64,000 nt of DNA from an uncultured Chloroflexia bacterium. Lineage in GTDB: Bacteria; Chloroflexota; Limnocylindria; Limnocylindrales; CSP1-4. The DNA is taken from positions 1,984,001 through 2,048,000 of the forward strand of contig CAWHDR010000001.1 of the NCBI GenBank assembly GCA_963828165.1, written 5' to 3'. A model generated the notes under the pieces. The model was given only the letters and a program-made list of their open reading frames with translations, did not search any database and was not told the origin of the DNA. Position 1 is the first letter of the stretch; every line of letters starts with the position of its first letter. Below are positions 30,433 through 37,311 of the stretch, one piece after another. The translations under genes were made by a program, and so were the position numbers.

Positions 30433-31908
30433 TCAGCCTTCGGCTTCGGGATCTTTGGCGGTGACGGTCAGTTCGCCGTCGGCCTCGGCAGTCACGCGAG
30501 CCCCGAACCCGGGGAGGGTCGTGACGGCGTCCCGAAGGACGATGCCGGGGTCGTGGGCGACTGCGAAGAGGAACTCGCCGTCGGGGCCGGACGAAACGCC
30601 CACCGACTGGACCCCCGCGACCCGGGAGAGCTGGCGCTTGAAGCCGGCGATGCTCGCGACGCTGACCAGGCCGGTCACCACGACCCGGGTGGTCTGCCCC
30701 TCGGCTTCTGTGCTGTCGGCGTCCGGCACGAGTCCCGCGAGGCGGGCCGCCAGGGCGTCGTCGCCGATCACGGGGATCTCTTCTTCGGAGGAAGCGTCCT
30801 CGGAGTTGAAGACGGCGGCCTCGGCCTCAGCGGCATCGAAGTCGGGCGTCAGGCCCAGCGCGGTCACGCGCGGATCGATCGCGTCGACCTCATGCTCCGA
30901 CTCGATCGTGACGGTGTCCTCGTCCGACTGCTCGTCCGTGGCCACCGGTTCGGCTTCGGCTTCGGCGGGCTGCGCCTCGTCGGTCGCGGCCCAGTCGGTG
31001 GACCCGGGCGCGTCGACCGTCTCAGCGACGGCCTCGGCGGTATCGGCCGTGGCGTCGGGCGAGGGATCGACGAGGACCCCCTGCTCGGCGAGGGCCTCCT
31101 CGATCTGCGCGTACATGTCGTTCGCAGGCTCGGTGTCGGTCAGCGTCGCGAACTCGCCGTTCGACATCTCGTCCCAGGGCGGCGGCTCGGGCAGGCTCGC
31201 GGCCATCGCCGCGAAGCGAGTGGCGTCCTCTTCGGCGATAAGGCGCTGGAAGAACTCGGCCATCTCGGCCTCGAAGGCGTCGACACGTCGCTGGACGCGC
31301 TCGATGCGTCCTTCGATGTCGGCCGCATGGGCGTCGATCTCGCGCTCGAGGCGGGACTTGCGGTGGGTGATGCGCTCGTCGGTCTCCTCGCGAATTCGGG
31401 CGATCTCAGCCTTCGACCACTCGCGGATGGACGCGACGTCATCGTCGGCCTGCTTGCGCAACTCCGTCGCTTCGACGGCGGTCGCCGCATGGATCGACTC
31501 GATGTGGGCCTTGGCATCGGCGCTGAAGCGCGCGAGCGTGTCGGCCTTGGCGGTCTCCGCCGCACCCTGCATGGCGCGCGTCAGGTCGGCCATGAACTTG
31601 CTGGGCTTCGACCGGCTCGCGTTCGAGGCCCCCGTCGCGTCGGCGGGCGACGGGTCGGCGGATGCGGTCGCTTCGACCGGCGCGCTGTCCTCGATCGTGG
31701 TGTCCGCGGCCGGCCCGTCGTCGACGGCTGCCGCCTGGTCGGTTTCTGAAGGCGCTGCGTCGATCATGTCAGGTGCCTCGATCTCCTGGTCTGTGGTGAG
31801 GGCTGCGCCGACCGGCGCGTCACCGGTCATCTCGGCGCGGGCTTCGGACTCGTTTCGGTCCGCGCTCCACGGGAGACGGAAACCGGGCTTGGCATCGGTC
31901 GTGGCCAT
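30433..31908 (-). CDS. Acidic coiled-coil protein with C-terminal ferredoxin-like domain
   Basis: Long heptad-like helix (LRKQADDDVASIREWSKAEIARIREETDERI...) between acidic disordered regions; C-terminal VVVTGL...FKRQLSRVAGVQSVGV; 2-nt gap to the ATPase gene. Confidence 0.7.
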   Translation of the reverse strand: MATTDAKPGFRLPWSADRNESEARAEMTGDAPVGAALTTDQEIEAPDMIDAAPSETDQAAAVDDGPAADTTIEDSAPVEATASADPSPADATGASNASRSKPSKFMADLTRAMQGAAETAKADTLARFSADAKAHIESIHAATAVEATELRKQADDDVASIREWSKAEIARIREETDERITHRKSRLEREIDAHAADIEGRIERVQRRVDAFEAEMAEFFQRLIAEEDATRFAAMAASLPEPPPWDEMSNGEFATLTDTEPANDMYAQIEEALAEQGVLVDPSPDATADTAEAVAETVDAPGSTDWAATDEAQPAEAEAEPVATDEQSDEDTVTIESEHEVDAIDPRVTALGLTPDFDAAEAEAAVFNSEDASSEEEIPVIGDDALAARLAGLVPDADSTEAEGQTTRVVVTGLVSVASIAGFKRQLSRVAGVQSVGVSSGPDGEFLFAVAHDPGIVLRDAVTTLPGFGARVTAEADGELTVTAKDPEAEG

Positions 31909-32097
31909 GCGATGGGGTCCTCTGTCGGGTCTTGGGGTCTGGGGTTCTATCTAGGCGTGTCGGCATAGTGCCTCCGGGGTCTGGTCCGGTGGAGTCCGCT
32001 AGAGGTACCAGCGGCGAGCGCCGGTCGTACTCTCGGCGGCTGGTGGAGGCGACGTGTTGTGGGGCCGCAACGCTCACCACGAGTACGATGGGTGGCC

Positions 32098-33117
32098 ATG
32101 GAACCTCTCGATACGCTCGGACGGCCGCTCCACGACCTGCGCATCTCGGTCACGGACCGCTGCAACTTCCGGTGCACCTACTGCATGCCCAAGGAAGTGT
32201 TCGGTCGGGACTATGCGTTCCTGCCCAAGGACCAGGTCCTGAGCTTCGAGGAGATCGAGCGCGCGGCTCGCGCGTTCGTGGCACTGGGCGTCGAGAAACT
32301 GCGGATCACGGGTGGTGAACCACTTGTCCGGCGTGAGCTCCCCACGCTCATCGCGGAGCTGGCGGCAGTGCGGACCACGGACGGCCGCGAGCTCGACCTG
32401 ACGCTGACGACGAACGGCGCGGCGCTCGGGACGCTCGCCCGTCCCCTCGCTGATGCGGGACTCCGCCGCGTGACCGTCAGCCTGGATTCGCTGGACGACG
32501 AGGTGTTCGGAGCGATGAACGGCGTCGACTTCCCCGTGGCGCGCGTCCTCGACGGCGTGGATGCCGCCCTGGAGGCCGGTCTGGACCCGGTCAAGGTCAA
32601 CATGGTGGTTCGGCGCGGCGTGAATGAGTCATCGGTCGTGCCCATGGCGCGCTGGGCGCGCGAGACCGGCGTGGTCCTGCGGTTCATCGAGTACATGGAC
32701 GTCGGGCATTCGAATGGCTGGCGGCTCGACGAGGTGGTGCCCGCCCAGGAGCTGATCGACCTCGTGGGCGGTGTGTGGCCTGCCGAGCCCGCGGATCCGA
32801 GCTATCGGGGTGAAGTCGCCGGCCGGTGGACCTACCTGGACGGCCTCGGCGAGTTCGGGATCATCTCGTCGGTCACCCGCCCGTTCTGTCGCGATTGCAC
32901 GCGCGCGCGGCTGTCGGCCGACGGCAAGCTCTACACGTGCCTGTTCGCCGTCGAGGGCCGCGACGTCCGGGCGGTCCTGCGCGACGGATCGAGTGACGAG
33001 GACCTGGTGGCGTTCCTCGCGGAGACGTGGCGTGCGCGCGACGATCGCTATTCCGAGCTCCGCTCGCAGTCCACCTCCGACCTGCCCAAGGTCGAGATGT
33101 TCGCGATGGGCGGCTGA
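32098..33117 (+). CDS. moaA: GTP 3',8-cyclase (molybdenum cofactor biosynthesis)
   Basis: LRISVTDRCNFRCTYC radical SAM motif, ITGGEPL, FCRDCTRARL...YTCLF, C-terminal MFAMGG. Confidence 0.96.
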   Translation: MEPLDTLGRPLHDLRISVTDRCNFRCTYCMPKEVFGRDYAFLPKDQVLSFEEIERAARAFVALGVEKLRITGGEPLVRRELPTLIAELAAVRTTDGRELDLTLTTNGAALGTLARPLADAGLRRVTVSLDSLDDEVFGAMNGVDFPVARVLDGVDAALEAGLDPVKVNMVVRRGVNESSVVPMARWARETGVVLRFIEYMDVGHSNGWRLDEVVPAQELIDLVGGVWPAEPADPSYRGEVAGRWTYLDGLGEFGIISSVTRPFCRDCTRARLSADGKLYTCLFAVEGRDVRAVLRDGSSDEDLVAFLAETWRARDDRYSELRSQSTSDLPKVEMFAMGG

Positions 33118-33134
33118 GGGCGGCCGCCCGACGT

Positions 33135-33209
33135 TCGTCCACAGGGTTATCCACAGGCGGAACGGGTTCGTGGACAGGGTTCGGACGCGTTTGGCCGGTT
33201 CGTGGATAA
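33135..33209. promoter_or_regulatory. Cluster of four DnaA-box-like sites
   Basis: TCGTCCACA 33135-43, perfect TTATCCACA 33147-55, reverse-strand CTGTCCACG 33169-77 and TTATCCACG 33201-09. Confidence 0.7.
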
Positions 33210-33214
33210 GCGCG

Positions 33215-33244
33215 TTGACCCGCCCGCGACTCGCCGCCTAACGT
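33215..33244 (+). promoter_or_regulatory. Sigma70-like promoter
   Basis: TTGACC-N18-TAACGT immediately downstream of the DnaA boxes. Confidence 0.6.
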
Positions 33245-33249
33245 AGTCC

Positions 33250-33458
33250 TCGCCCGAAGGGGCCGACAGGACCCCAGGAACCGCGATCACATCAAGGGCC
33301 TGAGATTCGCCGTTCGGTCGCTTCGGGCGCTTCGTTGCCCAAGCCTCGTGGCTGTCTCACCACAGCGTCGGGGGTGCGGGACGCCCGACGGGATGCGATC
33401 GGCATCCCGGTGTCGATACTTCCGTCGGGCCGACGAAGTCCGAGCGCCTCGGGCGTCC
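33250..33458 (+). ncRNA. Candidate structured non-coding RNA or long 5' leader
   Basis: No convincing ORF; several stems (TGAGAT/GTCTCA, GGGCG/TGCCC, GCCCGACGG/CCGTCGGGC, GGGATGC/GCATCCC); no RNA family recognised. Confidence 0.4.
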
Positions 33459-33485
33459 TATGCTGGACGCGACCCTGGAGGCCCG

Positions 33486-34361
33486 ATGTCCGACCCGACA
33501 CCAACCGTCGATCCCACGCGCCCGATCCCGCCCGCAGAGCAGCCTTCACGGATCGCCGCGCTCGTCGCCGCAGTCCGCGACCACACGCCACTCGTCCCAG
33601 AGGTGGGGATCGTCCTGGGCTCCGGCCTGGGCGGGCTCGCCGATGACCTCGAGGACCCGATCGCGATCCCGTTCGGGGACCTGCCGGGGTGGCCACCGGC
33701 GACCGCACCGGGTCACGCGGGACGGCTGCTGCTCGGCCGTCTCGGGGGTCGGCCGGTGATCATGCTCCAGGGCCGCTTCCACCTCTACGAAGGCAACGAC
33801 CCGGGCCTGGTCATCCAACCCGTCCTGCTGTTCGGGGCGCTCGGCGTGAAGGTCGTCGTGCTGACCAACGCCGCGGGCGGCCTCGATCCGTCGTTCGGTC
33901 CGGGCACGCTCATGGTGATGACCGACCACATCAACCTGACCGGTCGGTCGCCGCTGATGGGGCCGAACGCTGACGAGCTCGGGCCGCGCTTCGCGGACCT
34001 GACCGACGCGTGGAGCCCGCGCCTCCGACGACGCCTGCACGCCGCGGCCGTGGCGGAGGACGTCGAATTCCGCGAAGGCGTCTATGTCGGGCTCACCGGA
34101 CCGACCTACGAGACCCCGGCCGAGGTCCGGATGCTCGCCGGGCTTGGTGGCGATGCCGTCGGGATGTCGACCGTGCTCGAATGCATCGCCGCCCGGTGGA
34201 TCGGCCTGGAGGTTTGTGGGGTCTCCCTCGTGACGAACGCCGGCGCCGGGTACACGGGCGAACCGCTGACCCACGAGGAGGTCCTCGAGTCCGGGGCGGA
34301 GGCCGGCCCCCGGCTGGCGCGCGTGATCCGGCGCTTCCTCGTGGACCTCGCCGACGACTGA
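33486..34361 (+). CDS. punA: Purine nucleoside phosphorylase (trimeric type)
   Basis: GIVLGSGLG, GHAGRL, QGRFHLYEG, TNAAGG, DHIN, GPTYETPAE, DAVGMSTV, SLVTN; GGAGG SD. Confidence 0.93.
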   Translation: MSDPTPTVDPTRPIPPAEQPSRIAALVAAVRDHTPLVPEVGIVLGSGLGGLADDLEDPIAIPFGDLPGWPPATAPGHAGRLLLGRLGGRPVIMLQGRFHLYEGNDPGLVIQPVLLFGALGVKVVVLTNAAGGLDPSFGPGTLMVMTDHINLTGRSPLMGPNADELGPRFADLTDAWSPRLRRRLHAAAVAEDVEFREGVYVGLTGPTYETPAEVRMLAGLGGDAVGMSTVLECIAARWIGLEVCGVSLVTNAGAGYTGEPLTHEEVLESGAEAGPRLARVIRRFLVDLADD

Positions 34362-34362
34362 C

Positions 34363-35490
34363 GTGGCGACCACGAAGTCGACGGCGCCGGTCCTCTCGCG
34401 TCGCGCCCTCAATCGGACCCTGCTGGGTCGCCAGCTCCTCCTGGAGCGGGTCCCGCGTCCGGCCGAGGATGTCATCGAGCATCTCGTCGGGATGCAGGCC
34501 CAGGAGCCGCCCGACCCGTATCTGGCGCTATGGAGCCGGATCGAGGGGTTCGACCCGCACGAGCTCAGCACCCTCATCGAGGAGCGGCGAGCGGTCCGTG
34601 GCAGCACGATGCGGACCACGCTGCACCTGATGACCGCGCGGGACTTCCTGGCCCTGCGACCCGTGCTGCAGGGCGTGTTGGAGCGTGCGTGGAAGAGCAG
34701 TCCGTTCGCGAAGGATCTCGTCGGCGTCGACCTTGCGGAGCTCCTGGCCGCGGGGCGCGAGCTCGTCGAGGAGCAGCCGCTGACGACAGCCCAGCTGGCC
34801 AAGGCGCTCGCGGAGCGGTGGCCCGATCGCGTCCCCAACTCCCTCGCGTACGCTTCGCGGTTCCTGCTTCCCATCGTCCAGGTGCCGCCGCGGGGGCTGT
34901 GGGGCAAGAAGGCGGCACCCAAGGCCACGACCGCGCAGGTCTGGCTGGGTCAGGAGCTCGGAACGGAGACGGCGCCCGACGAGGTGATCCTCCGGTATCT
35001 CGCTGCATTCGGGCCGGCGACCGTGTCGGACATGCGGATCTGGTCGTGGCTGACCGGGCTGCGCGAGGTCGTGGAACGGCTCCGCCCTCGGCTCAGGACG
35101 TTCCGCGACGAGGCCGGGCGGGAGCTGTTCGATGTCGAGGACGGGCTCTTCGTGGACCCGGACGTGCCGGCCCCGATCCGCTTCCTGCCCACGTACGACA
35201 ACATCTTCCTGTCGCATGACGATCGCGCTCGCATCCTGATCGAACGGATCGCCGTGCCGGACCTCATCTGGCGCGGCGGCGTCCTCATCGACGGCTTCAT
35301 CTCGGGCGCGTGGCGGGTCAAGCGCGAGAAGCTCGCGGCCACCATGACGATCGAGCTCGTGACCGCGGTGAAGGGCGCCCAACGGGCCGAGCTCGAGGAG
35401 GAGGCGGCCCGCGCGTTCGCGTTCGTGGCGCCGCAGGCCGAGACACGCGACGTCGAGATCGTTCCCGCGAGCTGGCTCGCGGCGTCCTAG
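34363..35490 (+). CDS. AlkZ/YcaQ-like (HTH_42) DNA glycosylase
   Basis: LNRTLLGRQLLL, GMQAQ (QxQ motif), YLALWSR, MRTTLHL, RYLAAFGPATVSD, ELFD, RFLPTYDN. Confidence 0.85.
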   Translation: MATTKSTAPVLSRRALNRTLLGRQLLLERVPRPAEDVIEHLVGMQAQEPPDPYLALWSRIEGFDPHELSTLIEERRAVRGSTMRTTLHLMTARDFLALRPVLQGVLERAWKSSPFAKDLVGVDLAELLAAGRELVEEQPLTTAQLAKALAERWPDRVPNSLAYASRFLLPIVQVPPRGLWGKKAAPKATTAQVWLGQELGTETAPDEVILRYLAAFGPATVSDMRIWSWLTGLREVVERLRPRLRTFRDEAGRELFDVEDGLFVDPDVPAPIRFLPTYDNIFLSHDDRARILIERIAVPDLIWRGGVLIDGFISGAWRVKREKLAATMTIELVTAVKGAQRAELEEEAARAFAFVAPQAETRDVEIVPASWLAAS

Positions 35491-36164
35491 GCGTCCAGCG
35501 TGCGCGGGGGCGCCTCGGCGGGTTCTCGGTCGTCCAGCGGGTCCGTCCCGGGCGACGAGCAGACGTAGTAGCGCAGTGGCATCCGGCCGGTGTTCTCGAC
35601 GCGGTGGGTGAGCCCGGCCTCGACGCGGATTCCGGTCAACGGCTCGAGCGTCTCGGTCGTCTCGTCGACGGTGACGAGCCCGCGACCCTCGAAGACCACG
35701 ATCGCGTGCTCGGCACCGGGGTGGCGGTGCCACGCATCGGCCGCACCGGGGGCGACCACGACCTCGCTGATCGTGAAGGTCGCGGTGCCGAAGTCACCCG
35801 GCCGGACGATGAGCCGCCGCGAGATCCCGGCATCGTCGATGACGACGGCGTCACCGCCGCGGCGGACCGGCTCGTCCTCGCCGTCCCAGCGTTGCAAGAG
35901 GAGTCCCGGACGGCGCGGGTCCGGATCGACGGACGCCAGGAGCGCCAGGGCATCGACGAAGCCCTCGTTGCGGACCAGGTGGTGCTCCGCTGGCGCCTCG
36001 TACAGGACATCCCCGGCACGGACCACGGCCTGCCGTTCCAGCTCCTCGCCATGCTGGAAGACGAGCTCGCCGGCGGCGACGTACACGATGGTCTCGAGAC
36101 CGTGGCGATGCGGGCCGATCTCGACCCCCGGCGGGATCCGGTCGAACTGGAGCCGGATCGTCAC
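35487..36164 (-). CDS. Bicupin domain protein
   Basis: Two cupin motifs: GPHRHGLETIVYV...AEHH and WHRHPGAEHAIVV...LTHRVENTG; GTGA overlap with the thyX stop. Confidence 0.8.
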   Translation of the reverse strand: MTIRLQFDRIPPGVEIGPHRHGLETIVYVAAGELVFQHGEELERQAVVRAGDVLYEAPAEHHLVRNEGFVDALALLASVDPDPRRPGLLLQRWDGEDEPVRRGGDAVVIDDAGISRRLIVRPGDFGTATFTISEVVVAPGAADAWHRHPGAEHAIVVFEGRGLVTVDETTETLEPLTGIRVEAGLTHRVENTGRMPLRYYVCSSPGTDPLDDREPAEAPPRTLDA

Positions 36165-37045
36165 GCCTGGGGCAGCTCCCGGCCGCCTGCCCGGGCCGCC
36201 GCAGCCTTCTCGGCCCAGGCGCCGAGGACGTTGTCCTTGTGGGGTCGGATCGGGCAGTGCTCGTCGCGGTTCTTGAACTCGTCGCAGTACCCGAGGGGCA
36301 CGCACTTGGGCGCCAGGAACGAGCCGAGGAAGGGCGACACGCCGAAGATCTCGTGGCGGACCAGCTGGAAGAGCCGGCGGATCTCCCACTGGGCCATCGT
36401 GCACAGGCGCAGCCCCGACATGTGGATGAGCGCCCGCAGGTTCGTCGTCATCACGAGGTTGGTCCGGGCCGCGTTCGGGAAGACGAACCGGGCGTCCTCA
36501 CCCGGGACTCCGGCGTCGAGCATCTCGCCGTACAGGCCCAGCGCACCGTCGATCTGCTCTTCGTACTTTTCGCGAAGCGCCGGATCGCCCTCGGCGATCG
36601 AGTGCGGCAGCATGGTGGCCGCGCCCTTGAACTTCACGTAGCGCTGGCTCTGCTGGTCGAAGGCCACGCCGGCGCGATGCCGGACGAGCTGGTGCGACAG
36701 CGTGCGCGAGACCCCGGTGATGGCGAAGGTGAAGACCACGTGCTCGATCGTGGAGCCATGGCCCGATTCGATCACGGACGAGATCAGCTTCTGCATCTTG
36801 GCCGGGTCGTAGCCGCCGTCGACCGCTTTGGCGAAGATCTCTTCGGGGACCTCTTCCGAGTAGCAGGTCCGGCACGCCGTGTAGATGACCGGGACGTAGA
36901 ACTTCTCGACGATCTCCCGGTCCGGGAACAGGAGGGAGACCTTCATCCCGAGGTCGCGCCGGCCCGGGTTCTTGGGGATGCCGCTCTTCTCGCGCGCCGG
37001 CGGCTGGCCGGACGGGACGGGATCGGGGAGGGGCTGGGCGGTCAT
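36161..37045 (-). CDS. thyX: FAD-dependent thymidylate synthase
   Basis: GHGSTIEH, SRTLSHQLVRHRAGVAFDQQSQRY (RHR...S.R motif), EDARFVFP, NLRAL, AQWEIR. Confidence 0.93.
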   Translation of the reverse strand: MTAQPLPDPVPSGQPPAREKSGIPKNPGRRDLGMKVSLLFPDREIVEKFYVPVIYTACRTCYSEEVPEEIFAKAVDGGYDPAKMQKLISSVIESGHGSTIEHVVFTFAITGVSRTLSHQLVRHRAGVAFDQQSQRYVKFKGAATMLPHSIAEGDPALREKYEEQIDGALGLYGEMLDAGVPGEDARFVFPNAARTNLVMTTNLRALIHMSGLRLCTMAQWEIRRLFQLVRHEIFGVSPFLGSFLAPKCVPLGYCDEFKNRDEHCPIRPHKDNVLGAWAEKAAAARAGGRELPQA

Positions 37046-37095
37046 CGGAGGGCCAGTCTAGCCGAGGCGACCCGCGGAGGCGCGAGGCGAGCCGG

Positions 37096-37311
37096 TCAGT
37101 AGTAGTCGGAGCAGGACAGGAAGTAGCCGCAGCGGCAGATGAGCTTGCATTTGCGCTCGTCCATCGCCGCGCCGCAGTTGGCACAGGTCATGATCACGAG
37201 ACCGGGATCGACCGCGCCCGGAGGCTCGTCGAGGTCCTCGAGGAGCTGGATCGGTTGGATCGGCGAAAGCGCCGCTGGTCGCGTCGGGTCGTCGAGCATC
37301 GCGTCGCTCAT
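37096..37311 (-). CDS. Small Cys-rich zinc-finger-like protein
   Basis: CANCG..MDERKCKLICRCGYFLSCSDYY; ATGA overlap with the cyclase stop. Confidence 0.75.
   Translation of the reverse strand: MSDAMLDDPTRPAALSPIQPIQLLEDLDEPPGAVDPGLVIMTCANCGAAMDERKCKLICRCGYFLSCSDYY

Noticed and set aside
32025-32097. Moco riboswitch before moaA
   Set aside because: moaA appears leaderless (TACGAT-N8-ATG), leaving no room for an aptamer
33135-33244. Chromosomal origin oriC
   Set aside because: Only four boxes, no AT-rich unwinding element, no dnaA/dnaN, and genes to the left mostly point toward the site; kept as a regulatory cluster
33250-33458. tmRNA, RNase P, SRP RNA or tRNA
   Set aside because: GGGGCCGA resembles a tmRNA 5' end, but there is no following TTCGAC, T-arm/CCA, GAGGAAAGTCC or SRP loop motif
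33348-33485. N-terminal extension of PNP in the ORF track
   Set aside because: No SD at the GTG and low-complexity translation; a better ATG at 33486 has GGAGG
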